A stretch of 64,000 nt of DNA from Candidatus Nitrosocosmicus sp. (GTDB lineage: Bacteria > Methylomirabilota > Methylomirabilia > Rokubacteriales > CSP1-6), in the NCBI GenBank assembly GCA_035654455.1, contig DASRWT010000065.1, positions 3,399 through 67,398 of the forward strand, in the 5' to 3' direction. How positions within the stretch are numbered: the first letter of the stretch is position 1; each line of letters begins with the position of its first letter. The notes below the pieces were generated by a model. That model had not been told where the DNA came from. It saw nothing but the letters and a program-made list of their open reading frames with translations, and did no database searches. Of this stretch, positions 9,024 through 18,187 are shown piece by piece. A program made the position numbers and the translations under genes.

Positions 9024-9116
9024 GCGCAGAACCATACTCCGCAGCCGCCACCTGCGCAAGCATCTCGTTTCGTCCGCTTGTCCCCTCTCCGGGGCTCCTG
9101 CTACTCTTTGGAAGCC

Positions 9117-9758
9117 GTGTCCGAGCCAGTCCCCCAGACCGAGGTCCCGCAGTCGCCGCCGCCGCCCGTGTTCCCGCCGGCGCGGACACCCACGGCTGCG
9201 CCCGGGACCAAGCTCAGCGGCATCGCCGCCTGGTTCCGCCATCCGTATCTCCCCCATGCGCAAGCCGTCGTGGGCCTCCTGGCCGGCATCCTGTCCATCG
9301 GGGGGTTCGCCTACTCCTATCTCTGGGCCACCACCCCCGTCGTGCCCACCCGCGGCGAGGTGGTCGCGGCGGCTCTGGACGCGCGCACCGAGAAGGTGAT
9401 CCCCGACGCCACCCTGGAAGTGCTCACCTTGAAGGACGCGCTGGTGACCACCCTCACCCCGGACGCGGCCGGTCTCGCGCGGCAAACCATCAAGGAAGGC
9501 TCCTACCGCCTGCGCGCCACCCATCCGCGCTTCAGCAGCGAGGTGCGCACCATTCACGTGATTGCGGGGAATACCGCGAACATTCGCCTGCGGCTGACCC
9601 CGCGCGGCGCCAAGCCGTCCGCGTCCGCCACGCCGGGGGTGCTGACGCCACCGTCGGGAGCCACGGGCGCCGCCTCCGGGAGCGGCTCCTCGTCCAGCTC
9701 GGAGATCGGCAAGGCCGTGGACGGGGGCGTGAACGCGGTGAAGAGGATCTTCCGCTAG
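9117..9758 (+). CDS. membrane-anchored carboxypeptidase-regulatory-like domain protein
   Basis: Pro-rich N-terminus, one TM (VVGLLAGILSIGGFAYSYLW), a CarboxypepD_reg-like beta-sandwich (GSYRLRATHPRFSSEVRTIHVIAGNTANIRLRL) and a Ser/Gly-rich tail. GTG 9117 start is uncertain. Confidence 0.55.
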   Translation: MSEPVPQTEVPQSPPPPVFPPARTPTAAPGTKLSGIAAWFRHPYLPHAQAVVGLLAGILSIGGFAYSYLWATTPVVPTRGEVVAAALDARTEKVIPDATLEVLTLKDALVTTLTPDAAGLARQTIKEGSYRLRATHPRFSSEVRTIHVIAGNTANIRLRLTPRGAKPSASATPGVLTPPSGATGAASGSGSSSSSEIGKAVDGGVNAVKRIFR

Positions 9759-11716
9759 ATCGCCTCCGCGATCGCTTTCACGCCGCCCGGATTGTCCAGC
9801 GAAGAGAGGTCGCCGGGCTCCTTGCCCAGATAGGTGGCGCGAATTACCCGGCGCATGATCTTGGCGCTCCGGGTCTTGGGCAGCTCGGCGGCGAAGAGCA
9901 CGCGCTCGGGCTTGATGGCCTTGCCCATCGCCTGCACCACCATCTCGACGAGCGCGGCGCGCAGCGGCTCCGAGGCGGCGTGACCCGGGCGGAGCACCGC
10001 AAAACAGATGACGGTCTCGCCCTTGATCTCGTGCGGCACGCCGACGGCGGCCGCCTCCGCGACCGCCGGATGTCCGACCAGCACGGATTCCACTTCGGCC
10101 GGCCCCACTCGCTTGCCGGCGATCTTCAGCGTGTCATCCGAGCGGCCGTGGATGAACCAGAAGCCGTCCGCGTCCACGAAGGCCCAGTCGCCATGGGTCC
10201 ACACGCCCGGCCAGCGCGACCAGTAGGTCTCCTCGTAGCGCGCGGCATCCTGCCAGAACCCGCGCGTCATGCCCGGCCAGGCACGCGTGATCACCAGCTC
10301 GCCCACCTCTTCGCGTACCGGTCGACCGTCGTCGCCGAAGACCTCGGCGGCTATGCCGGGAATCGGGCCCGCGAAGGAGCAGGGCTTGATGGGCGCGATG
10401 GGGAAGCAGGAGAGGATCCCGCCCGAGATCTCGGTGCCGCCCGTGTAGTTGATGATGGGGACACGGCCCGCGCCGATGGCCTCGAAGAGCCAGCGATACG
10501 GCTCGGGGTTCCAGGGCTCGCCGGTCGAGGCCACGATGCGGAGCGAGGAGCGATCGTGCTTCTTCCACCAGGCGTCGCCGTGCGGCATGAGCGCGCGCAC
10601 CGCCGTGGGCGAGATGCCCATGTGGGTGATGCGATGCTTCGCCACCAGGGTCCAGAGCCGGTCCGGCTGCGGGTAGTCCGGCGTGCCCTCGAACAGCACG
10701 GCGGTGGCGCCCAGCAGCAGCGCGCCGCAGATGAGCATGGGGCCCATCAGCCAGCCGAGATCGGTGACCCAGAACACCCGGTCCCCCTCGCCGATGTCGA
10801 AGCAGTAGGCGAAGTCATGGGCGTTCTTCAGCGAGAAGCCGCCGTGGGTGAGCACGGTGCCCTTGGGCTTTCCGGTGGTGCCCGACGTGTAGATGATGAG
10901 CGCGGGGTGATCGGCGGGGACCTGAGCGGCCGGACACTCGGGTGACTCCGCGAGCACCAGCTCCTGCCACCAGTGATCGCGGCCGGTCGTCCACGGAGCC
11001 GGCTCGGGCGCCTTTCCGCCCAGCCGGCGCAGCACGATCACGTGCTTCACGGTGGGCGAGGCGGCCACCGCCTCGTCGGCGGTGCGCTTCATCGGCACCA
11101 CCTGCCCGCGACGGTAGAAGCCATCGGCGGTGATGAGCACCTTGGCGTCGCAGCCCTGAAGCCGCGCCGCCACCGCGGCGCCGCCATAGCCCGAGAAGCA
11201 CGGCGTGTAGATGGCCCCGATCCGGTTCACCGCCAGGATGGCGATCACCGCCTCGGGGCTCATGGGGAGAAAGATGCCCACGGTGTCCTGCTCGCGCAGC
11301 CCGAGCCGGCGCAGGGCGTTGGCGAGGCGGTTCACCTCGCGCGCCAGGGTGGCGTAGCTGAGCGTGACGACCTCGCCGTTCTCCGACTCCCAGACCACGG
11401 CGGGCTTGTCGCCTCGCCCCGCCTTGACGTGCCGGTCCACCGCGTTCACGGTCAGGTTCATGGCACCGCCGGGAAACCACGACGGCCACATGATGCCGCG
11501 CGAGTTGTCCAGCACCTTGGTGTAGGGCTTGCTCCACACGAAGCCGAGATCGCGCACCACCGCGTCCCAGTACCACTCGGGTTCTTCGACGGACCGGCGC
11601 TGCAGCGTGGCCAGCGAGTCGATGCCCTGCGCGGCCATGAAACGGGCGATCCGGGTGCGGGCGGCGGTGGCGGGATCGGGGCGCCAGACGATGTCGTCGC
11701 GGCTCATGGCCGCCAT
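9755..11716 (-). CDS. AMP-forming acyl-CoA synthetase (acetate/acetoacetate--CoA ligase family)
   Basis: About 653 aa from MAAMSRDD. ACS-type N-terminal domain, AMP motif IIYTSGTTGKPKG, then GWLMGP and C-terminal LPKTRSAKIMRR. The 5' 261 codons of the 914-aa track ORF are an Arg/Ala-rich artefact. Confidence 0.9.
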   Translation of the reverse strand: MAAMSRDDIVWRPDPATAARTRIARFMAAQGIDSLATLQRRSVEEPEWYWDAVVRDLGFVWSKPYTKVLDNSRGIMWPSWFPGGAMNLTVNAVDRHVKAGRGDKPAVVWESENGEVVTLSYATLAREVNRLANALRRLGLREQDTVGIFLPMSPEAVIAILAVNRIGAIYTPCFSGYGGAAVAARLQGCDAKVLITADGFYRRGQVVPMKRTADEAVAASPTVKHVIVLRRLGGKAPEPAPWTTGRDHWWQELVLAESPECPAAQVPADHPALIIYTSGTTGKPKGTVLTHGGFSLKNAHDFAYCFDIGEGDRVFWVTDLGWLMGPMLICGALLLGATAVLFEGTPDYPQPDRLWTLVAKHRITHMGISPTAVRALMPHGDAWWKKHDRSSLRIVASTGEPWNPEPYRWLFEAIGAGRVPIINYTGGTEISGGILSCFPIAPIKPCSFAGPIPGIAAEVFGDDGRPVREEVGELVITRAWPGMTRGFWQDAARYEETYWSRWPGVWTHGDWAFVDADGFWFIHGRSDDTLKIAGKRVGPAEVESVLVGHPAVAEAAAVGVPHEIKGETVICFAVLRPGHAASEPLRAALVEMVVQAMGKAIKPERVLFAAELPKTRSAKIMRRVIRATYLGKEPGDLSSLDNPGGVKAIAEAI

Positions 11717-11749
11717 TTTACTGTAAGCTGCGCCGGGGAGGAGAGGGCC

Positions 11750-12523
11750 ATGGCGATCCGGGTGGAGAAGCAGGGCGCGGTGACGACCGTGATCATGGAC
11801 CGTCCCGAAGCACGGAATGCGGTGGATGGGCCGAGCGCGCGGGCGCTGGCGGAGGCGTTCCGCGCCTTCGATGCCGATCGAGACGCCCGCGCCGCCGTGC
11901 TCTGGGGTGCCGGCGGGACGTTCTGCGGAGGCGCGGATCTCAAGTCCTTCGGCACCGAGCGCGGGCTCCGCGTCGAGGCCACGGGAGACGGACCGATGGG
12001 CCCTACCCGGATGCTCCTGTCCAAGCCGGTGATCGCCGCCGTGGCGGGTTACGCGGTGGCGGGCGGGCTCGAGCTGGCCCTCTGGTGCGATCTCCGCGTG
12101 ATGGAGGAGACGGCCACCTTCGGCGTCTTCTGCCGGCGCTGGGGCGTGCCGCTTCTCGACGGCGGGACGGTGCGCCTGCCCCGTCTCATCGGCACCAGCC
12201 GCGCGCTCGACCTCATCCTCACCGGACGAGCGGTGGACGCCGGCGAGGCGCTCCACATCGGGCTGGCGAATCGCGTGGTGCCGGCCGGACAGGCGCGCGT
12301 CGAGGCGGAGGCGCTGGCGCGCTCGCTGGCCGAGCTGCCGCCGCTGTGTCTGCGAAGCGACCGCCGCTCGGCCTACGAAAGCTGGGGCATGGATCTCGAC
12401 GCCGCCCTCGCGCGCGAGTATGCCCTGGGCCGGGTCACGCGCGACTCCGGCGAGAGCCGCGAGGGCGCGGCGCGCTTCGCCGCCGGCGAGGGCCGGCACG
12501 GCGCTGCCGCCCCGCGGCGGTGA
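11750..12523 (+). CDS. enoyl-CoA hydratase/isomerase (crotonase) family protein
   Basis: 257 aa from ATG 11750 (ggggaggagaggg SD). Motifs RPEARNA, FCGGADLK and AGYAVAGGLELALWCDLRV. Confidence 0.9.
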   Translation: MAIRVEKQGAVTTVIMDRPEARNAVDGPSARALAEAFRAFDADRDARAAVLWGAGGTFCGGADLKSFGTERGLRVEATGDGPMGPTRMLLSKPVIAAVAGYAVAGGLELALWCDLRVMEETATFGVFCRRWGVPLLDGGTVRLPRLIGTSRALDLILTGRAVDAGEALHIGLANRVVPAGQARVEAEALARSLAELPPLCLRSDRRSAYESWGMDLDAALAREYALGRVTRDSGESREGAARFAAGEGRHGAAAPRR

Positions 12524-12883
12524 TCAGCCGGCGCCCCCGCCGGGCGTGACGAGCTTCTCGACCACGCGGAGCTCGCCCACCAGCAGCCGCCCCACCTTCA
12601 GGTCCCCGATCTCGAGGCTCTGGAATCGCGCGTGACGGACCGACAGGCGGCCGATCACGAGGCGGCTGATGGTGAGCAGCCCCAGCGTGAGCGCGCCCAC
12701 GGCCACCGCGCCCACGGCCACCGCGCCCGCCGCCAGCGCGCCCGACAGCTCCCCGCCCGTCGCGCTGGAGCCGATCTCCTGGTGGCCGACGCGCAGCTGA
12801 CGGATCGCGCGTCTCGAGCCGCCGCGCGAATGCCGGTCCCGCGCCGGCGTCGGTGCTCCATTGTGCGTCACGTCTGATTCCAT
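12524..12883 (-). CDS. hypothetical membrane protein
   Basis: 119-aa ORF with a Gly/Ala/Val-rich TM (GAVAVGAVAVGALTLGLL) followed by RFQSLEIGDLKVGRLLVGELRV. Contains a 15-nt tandem repeat. No recognised domain. Confidence 0.45.
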   Translation of the reverse strand: MESDVTHNGAPTPARDRHSRGGSRRAIRQLRVGHQEIGSSATGGELSGALAAGAVAVGAVAVGALTLGLLTISRLVIGRLSVRHARFQSLEIGDLKVGRLLVGELRVVEKLVTPGGGAG

Positions 12884-12923
12884 GGAAGTTGACCTCCCGT
12901 CGAGATGCGATGCGCTCCCATCC

Positions 12924-13217
12924 TCACATCACCAGGGAATCGACGACCTCGAAGCGCTCGGTGGTGACCTTGGCCCCGGTGGAGGCGGTGGTGGCGGCCT
13001 GCCGCTTCCGGCGCGCCTCCTCGCTGGCCCGCATGGCCTCCGCGCTTTCCCAGAGGGTGACGATCAGTCCCTTTCCGGCCTCCCGGTCCACCAGCCAGTA
13101 GGCCGCCGTCAGGCCCGGATCCTTTTCGATGCCGGGCTTGACCTCCTCCCGCGACCGCAGGATCCAGCGCTCGAGCTCCTCCCCCGATCCTTCCCACGTG
13201 CCGATCCGTGCGAACAT
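12924..13217 (-). CDS. ABM-like (dimeric alpha-beta barrel) domain protein
   Basis: 97 aa. The pattern IGTWEG...GLIVTLWESAEAM...ERFEVV resembles antibiotic-biosynthesis-monooxygenase-fold proteins. Confidence 0.6.
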   Translation of the reverse strand: MFARIGTWEGSGEELERWILRSREEVKPGIEKDPGLTAAYWLVDREAGKGLIVTLWESAEAMRASEEARRKRQAATTASTGAKVTTERFEVVDSLVM

Positions 13218-13248
13218 CGCGCCTCCCTTCGCGCCGCCCCGGCGGAAT

Positions 13249-13716
13249 TCAGCGCAGCGGCTTGAGCAGCTGGATCGTGTAGTCGTTGAAGCCGATCTTC
13301 CGGTACAGGCGTCCGGCGGCCTCGTTCTTCACCAGGACCCCGACCCGAAGGGCCCGGGCACCCATCTTGCGAGCATACGCTTCCGCCCGCTCGAGGAGCG
13401 CGCGGCCGATTCCGCGCCGCCGATAGGCAGGGAGAACGACGAGGTCCGACACATAGGCGTAGGCCTGGCCCTCGTCGGGTGCGGGTACCACCCGCGCCAG
13501 CACCCCGACGAATCCCGCCACCGCGCCGTCCTCCTCGGCGACGAAGACCCGTCCCGCGGTCGCCGCGCACCGCTCCATGAGGTTGGCGAGGTAGCGGTCC
13601 GCCATGACCCCGCCCTCGGGCAAGCCGGGCTCGAGCCCTCGCTCGAAGTCCTGGAGCTCCACCATGCACGCCCGGAGCTGGCTCCGGTCCCGAGCCGGAT
13701 CGTATTCGCGGATCAT
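13249..13716 (-). CDS. GNAT family N-acetyltransferase
   Basis: 155 aa from MIREYD. Acetyl-CoA motif VLPAYRRRGIGRALLERAEAYA. The track 5' extension is rejected. Confidence 0.85.
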   Translation of the reverse strand: MIREYDPARDRSQLRACMVELQDFERGLEPGLPEGGVMADRYLANLMERCAATAGRVFVAEEDGAVAGFVGVLARVVPAPDEGQAYAYVSDLVVLPAYRRRGIGRALLERAEAYARKMGARALRVGVLVKNEAAGRLYRKIGFNDYTIQLLKPLR

Positions 13717-13747
13717 GCTTCGACCGGTTGGATGGGCACGCCGCCGA

Positions 13748-14116
13748 TCAGATCCAGACGTCGTTGGGGGCGGTCCGCGCCCCCTCCGCATCGCCGGTAT
13801 TGACCACGCCGCTCGGCTCGACCAGCAAGATCCGACACTCGTGGGGCGCGGACGGCTTGTGCTCGACGCCCTTGGGGACCACGAACATCTCCCCCGGCCC
13901 CAGGTCCACCGCGCCATCCCGCAGCTCGATCCGCATCCGGCCGTCCAGCACGATGAAGACCTCGTCGGTGTCGGCGTGGCTATGCCAGACGAACTCCCCC
14001 TGGATCTTCACGAGCTTGAGCTGATAGTCGTTCATCTGGGCCACGACCTTCGGGGCCCAGTGGTCGGTGAACCGGGAGAGCTTGTCCTGGAAGTTGATGG
14101 CCTCGTGCACGCTCAT
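13748..14116 (-). CDS. cupin domain protein
   Basis: 122 aa from MSVHEA. Cupin motifs [20 protein letters not shown] and [12 protein letters not shown]. Confidence 0.8.
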   Translation of the reverse strand: MSVHEAINFQDKLSRFTDHWAPKVVAQMNDYQLKLVKIQGEFVWHSHADTDEVFIVLDGRMRIELRDGAVDLGPGEMFVVPKGVEHKPSAPHECRILLVEPSGVVNTGDAEGARTAPNDVWI

Positions 14117-14120
14117 CGCT

Positions 14121-14393
14121 CTACGCTCTCCATAAGGTCCAGACGCCCACGGCAACAAAGCCCGCTCCGGCCACCCGCCCGACCAGCCTGGCGTTGACGT
14201 GAGACCCGATCAGGCTCCCCACGAATACCGCAAGGGCGGACGATGTGACAAGCGCGATTGCCGCGCCCAGGAACACCGCCCACTTGCTGTTCTGCGCTCC
14301 GGACGCGTACAGCATGGTGCTGAGCTGGGTCTTGTCCCCGAGCTCCGCCAAGAGAACGGTGGCGAACACCGTGATCAGCAGCTTGAGATCCAT
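14121..14393 (-). CDS. UPF0016/GDT1 (TMEM165) family half-size membrane protein
   Basis: 90 aa from MDLKLL with a single E-x-G-D-K-T/S repeat ([10 protein letters not shown]) and 3 TMs. The start overlaps the upstream stop (TGATG). Confidence 0.75.
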   Translation of the reverse strand: MDLKLLITVFATVLLAELGDKTQLSTMLYASGAQNSKWAVFLGAAIALVTSSALAVFVGSLIGSHVNARLVGRVAGAGFVAVGVWTLWRA

Positions 14394-14974
14394 CAGCGTC
14401 CCTCCGCGGGCCCGAGACCAAAATCTTTCGCCAGGATCACGAGAAGCGCGTCGGTCCGGCGGCGGGATTCGGCATAGAGCCACTGGTTGAATTCCGACCA
14501 GTTGGCCTTCCCGCCGCCACGCCTCCGCTTCATCAGCTCCATGTCGACCTCGTGGATGAGCCAGCCATCGACGAAATCGGTCAGGGCCCGATACGCGGAT
14601 TCCGACGTGAACCAGCGGGCGCCGCCGACGATGGCGCGGATTCGCTTCAGATGGTGCCAGGACTGCTCATCATACGCGGCCAGCGCGGCCTGGAACCGCT
14701 CCGCGGAGTGGCTGTCGTAGGAGACTTGCAGGGCCAGCAGCTGAAACTGCCAGACCGGATCTACCAGGTCGCGCAGGAACTGGGCGCGGGCGCTCCCGAT
14801 CTCCGCCTGCCTCGCGAGCTCGGCCTCAAACTTCTTCTGCTGCTCGAAACGGCTCTGATCCATCCGGAACTTGACCACCGGCACGATGATCCCGGTCAAG
14901 GCGGCCCCGACGAGGAGCAGGAGCACTTTCTCGAGGAAGCTGGTACTCGCCAACACTTCGAGCACGGTGTCCAT
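14393..14974 (-). CDS. hypothetical N-terminally membrane-anchored protein
   Basis: 193-aa ORF with one N-terminal TM and then a helical soluble part. Looks less GC-rich than its surroundings by eye. Translationally coupled to the UPF0016 gene. Confidence 0.55.
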   Translation of the reverse strand: MDTVLEVLASTSFLEKVLLLLVGAALTGIIVPVVKFRMDQSRFEQQKKFEAELARQAEIGSARAQFLRDLVDPVWQFQLLALQVSYDSHSAERFQAALAAYDEQSWHHLKRIRAIVGGARWFTSESAYRALTDFVDGWLIHEVDMELMKRRRGGGKANWSEFNQWLYAESRRRTDALLVILAKDFGLGPAEGR

Positions 14975-15190
14975 TCGCCTCGGCGGCCTCCCCTTGGCCC
15001 AGAAGATACCCCACGAATCGCTAGGCGAATCGTGGTACCCGTGCGATACTCATCACGTTCTCGAAGCGACTCCTAGAGTCCGAACGGCGGCTTCCCCGGC
15101 AAATCCTCCCGTTCTTTCCGATCAAGCCGGACACACAGTAGCGCGGTTGCTTGCCCGGCGAGAAGCCCGCTCGACAGAGGTCGAATCTCC

Positions 15191-16546
15191 ATGTCCTTCG
15201 CTGCCCTGAATCTCCACTCCGCATTCCTGCGCGCCGTCGAGGCCCTCGGCTTCACGACGCCCACCCCCATCCAGCGCGATGCCATTCCGCCGGTGCTGGC
15301 CGGCCGTGACGTGGTGGCCTGCGCCATGACCGGCAGCGGCAAGACCGCCGCCTTCCTCCTGCCCATCGCGCAGCGCCTGATGGACAAGCCGCGCGGGGCC
15401 GTGCGCGCGCTCGTGATCGCGCCCACGCGCGAGCTGGCCGCGCAGATCGAGGCCGATCTCCGCGACCTCGCCCGCTTCACGCCCGTCAAGGGCGCGGCGG
15501 TGTTCGGCGGCGTCGGCATGGGCCCGCAGGAGTCCGCCTTCCGCCGCGGCGTGGACATCATCGTCGCCACGCCGGGCCGGCTCCTGGACCACATGCAGCA
15601 CTCCTATGTCCGGCTGGACGCCCTCGAGGTGCTGGTCCTCGACGAGGCCGACCGCATGCTGGACATGGGCTTCCTCCCCGATATCCGCCGCATCCTCGGC
15701 AAGCTGCCGAAGCAGCGCCAGACGCTCCTCTTCTCGGCCACCATGCCCGCGCCCATCGCCGCCCTCGCGCGCGAGTTCCTGCGGAACCCGGTGCCGATCA
15801 ACCAGGAGCGGCAGGCGGCGCCGGCCACCGGCATCACGCATTCCGTCTACGCCGTGTCGCAGGACCTCAAGGGCGGGCTCCTCACCGCGCTCCTCCAGCG
15901 GGAAGACATGCGCAGCGTGCTCGTCTTCACGCGCACCAAGCATCGCGCCAACCGCCTCGCCGACCAGCTCGCCCGGCGGGGTATCTCCACGGATCGGATC
16001 CACGGCAACCGGAGCCAGGCCCAGCGCACGCATGCGCTGGAGGGCTTCAAGCGCGGCAAGTACCGCGTGCTGGTGGCCACCGACATCGCGGCGCGCGGCA
16101 TCGACATCGACGAGCTGTCCCACGTGGTGAACTTCGACGTTCCCAACGTGGCGGATGACTATATCCACCGCGCCGGGCGCACCGCGCGCGCGGGCGCCGT
16201 GGGGGAAGCGATCACCTTCGTCGCGCCCGACGAGATGGGCGATCTCAAGGCCATCGAGCGCGCGGTCGGCAATCCCCTGCCGCGGCTCAAGCTCGAGGGC
16301 TTCGACTACTCGCAGCGGCCCGCCGAGCGTCTGGAGATACCGCTGGCGGAGCGCGTCGCCGCGATCCGGGCCCAGAAGTCCGCCGAGCGGGCCCGCGCCC
16401 GCGACAAGGCCTCTCGGCAGGGCCAGGCGCCGACTCAGGCGCCCGGCCAGGTACGGGGTCAGGGCCATGGGCGCCCGGCCACTCGATCCGGCCAGGGCGC
16501 TCGCGGTCGTGGGTATTGGGCCGGGATATCCGGGCGGAATCGGTAG
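15191..16546 (+). CDS. DEAD-box ATP-dependent RNA helicase (RhlE-like)
   Basis: Q-motif region, AMTGSGKTAAF, PTRELA, VLDEADRM, SAT and HRAGRTARAG motifs, plus a basic Arg/Gly-rich C-terminal tail. Confidence 0.92.
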   Translation: MSFAALNLHSAFLRAVEALGFTTPTPIQRDAIPPVLAGRDVVACAMTGSGKTAAFLLPIAQRLMDKPRGAVRALVIAPTRELAAQIEADLRDLARFTPVKGAAVFGGVGMGPQESAFRRGVDIIVATPGRLLDHMQHSYVRLDALEVLVLDEADRMLDMGFLPDIRRILGKLPKQRQTLLFSATMPAPIAALAREFLRNPVPINQERQAAPATGITHSVYAVSQDLKGGLLTALLQREDMRSVLVFTRTKHRANRLADQLARRGISTDRIHGNRSQAQRTHALEGFKRGKYRVLVATDIAARGIDIDELSHVVNFDVPNVADDYIHRAGRTARAGAVGEAITFVAPDEMGDLKAIERAVGNPLPRLKLEGFDYSQRPAERLEIPLAERVAAIRAQKSAERARARDKASRQGQAPTQAPGQVRGQGHGRPATRSGQGARGRGYWAGISGRNR

Positions 16547-16721
16547 ATAGCCCCAGGCCCCCGCATTTGGAGGACCCAACACAGGTCCGGAGCGAATCTC
16601 CCTGAATTGTAGGACGGCAAAGCGAGTGAGGTCAAAATAGTTAGTGTAATCAGCATGTTATTGTCAGTGACCCCTGGCCCAGCGCTTGCAATGTACCTGG
16701 GCCAGGAGGTCAGTGACGATC

Positions 16722-17117
16722 ATGTCCGGTGCGGGGACTCTGAATGCGAAGCGAATCCTGGTGGTCGACGATGAAGTGCCGCTGGCGAGCTTGATCGCCG
16801 AGATTCTGTCGGCAGAAGGGCACCGCGTCGACATCGCGCCGAACGGCCTGGCGGCGCTGGCGCGGGTAGAGCATAACGAGTACGACCTGATCCTCAGCGA
16901 CCTCCGGATGCCGGAGCTGGACGGCCCGGGCCTCTACCGGGAGCTCGAGCGCCGCCGGCCCGACCTCCTTGCCCGCATTGCCTTCGTGACCGGCAGCGCC
17001 CAGACCCCCAACATGGAGCAGTTCCTGGAGCGCACGGGGGTCCCCATCCTCTACAAGCCGTTCCGCCTGGAAGAGCTCACCAAGCTCGCGACCTCGCTCC
17101 TCGACCGCCAGTCCTGA
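16722..17117 (+). CDS. single-domain response regulator (CheY-like receiver)
   Basis: 131 aa from ATG 16722 (aggagg SD). Motifs ILVVDDE, LILSDLRMPELDG and YKPF. Confidence 0.85.
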   Translation: MSGAGTLNAKRILVVDDEVPLASLIAEILSAEGHRVDIAPNGLAALARVEHNEYDLILSDLRMPELDGPGLYRELERRRPDLLARIAFVTGSAQTPNMEQFLERTGVPILYKPFRLEELTKLATSLLDRQS

Positions 17118-17131
17118 TTCCGGCGCGCTGA

Positions 17132-17148
17132 TCTCCGCTCGGCGGAGA
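17132..17148. terminator. small hairpin between convergent genes
   Basis: TCTCCGC-TCG-GCGGAGA, a 7-bp stem, between the response-regulator stop and the oxidoreductase stop. No U-tract. Confidence 0.3.
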
Positions 17149-17153
17149 CGGAG

Positions 17154-18173
17154 CTACCGGGGCTCGGGCCCGAGCTTCACGACCATCTTCCCGACGTTGT
17201 CCCCCGAGAAGAGCCCGAGAAAGGCCTTCACCGCGTTGTCGATCCCCTCCACCACCGTCACCTCGTGCTTGATCCGGCCCGCTTTCACCGCGCTCCCGAC
17301 CTCCGCGAGGAAGGCCGGATAGCGGTCGAAGTGGTCCGATATGATGAATCCCTGCATCCGCACGCGATTGCCGACCATGTTCATCATGTAGCGCGGGCCG
17401 GGCTCGGGGGTCTCCAGGTTGTACTGGGAGATCATTCCGCAGAGCGGGATGCGGGCGAACGGGTTCACCAGGCGGAGGACGGCGTCCAGCATCGCCCCGC
17501 CCACGTTCTCGAAGTAGATATCCACACCCTTGGGGCACGCGTCGCGCAATGCCTCGAAGAGATCCGGCACCCGGCGGTAGTTGACGGCCGCGTCCGCGCC
17601 CAGCTCATTCGTGAGCCACTTGCACTTGTCGTCCGTGCCCGCGGTGCCGACCACGCGGCAGCCGAGGAGCTTGCCGAGCTGGACGACGAGAGAGCCGGTG
17701 GCGCCCGCTGCGCCCGAGACCACCAGGGTCTCGCCCGCCGTGGGCTGGCCTATCTCCTTGAGGCCGTACCACCCGGTGAAGCCGGGCACACCCAGCACGC
17801 CCAGATAGCTGACCAGCGGCAGCGAGCGATCCAGGGGCGTCAGGCCCTCGCCCGTGGACACGAAATACTCGCGCCAGCCCAGCATGCTGGAGACGATGGC
17901 GCCGGGCTTGAATCGGGGATCGTTGGACTTCATCACCTCGCCCACCGCGCGGCCGTCGGCGGGCTGGCCAACTTCCCAGGGCTTCGCGTAGGAGCGACGG
18001 TCGTTCATGCGGCCGCGCATGTACGGGTCCACCGACATGTAGATGTTGCGGACGAGCACTTCCGCCGGGCCGGGCTCGGGGAGGGTGGCCTCGACGAGCT
18101 TGAAGTCGCTCGGCCGGGGGGCGCCCACCGGACGGGCGGCGAGGAGGATCTGGCGATTGACGGTGCCGGGCAT
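17154..18173 (-). CDS. NADP-dependent oxidoreductase (MDR superfamily, alkenal/one reductase YncB-like)
   Basis: 339 aa. N-terminal FKLVE...YMSVDPYMRGRM and nucleotide motif VVSGAAGATGSLVVQLGK. Confidence 0.9.
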   Translation of the reverse strand: MPGTVNRQILLAARPVGAPRPSDFKLVEATLPEPGPAEVLVRNIYMSVDPYMRGRMNDRRSYAKPWEVGQPADGRAVGEVMKSNDPRFKPGAIVSSMLGWREYFVSTGEGLTPLDRSLPLVSYLGVLGVPGFTGWYGLKEIGQPTAGETLVVSGAAGATGSLVVQLGKLLGCRVVGTAGTDDKCKWLTNELGADAAVNYRRVPDLFEALRDACPKGVDIYFENVGGAMLDAVLRLVNPFARIPLCGMISQYNLETPEPGPRYMMNMVGNRVRMQGFIISDHFDRYPAFLAEVGSAVKAGRIKHEVTVVEGIDNAVKAFLGLFSGDNVGKMVVKLGPEPR

Positions 18174-18187
18174 GGGGGGTCGTCCGC

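Noticed and set aside
14975-15190. yybP-ykoY (Mn) riboswitch upstream of the UPF0016-containing operon
   Set aside because: I read the minus-strand leader and did not find the conserved GGGGAGUAG / UUGACAUA / AGCAAGACC-type blocks. Only generic small hairpins are present, including the imperfect palindrome CCACGAATCGCTAGGCGAATCGTGG at about 15011..15035.
15168-15190. tRNA-like T-arm string GGTCGAATCTCC
   Set aside because: No acceptor, D or anticodon arms surround it. It is simply the SD/spacer region of the helicase gene.
16459-16656. 65-aa minus-strand ORF starting in the AT-rich intergenic patch
   Set aside because: It overlaps the 3' end of the helicase gene in antisense. It has no SD, and after a short hydrophobic start the sequence is Pro/Arg-rich. 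It is likely spurious.
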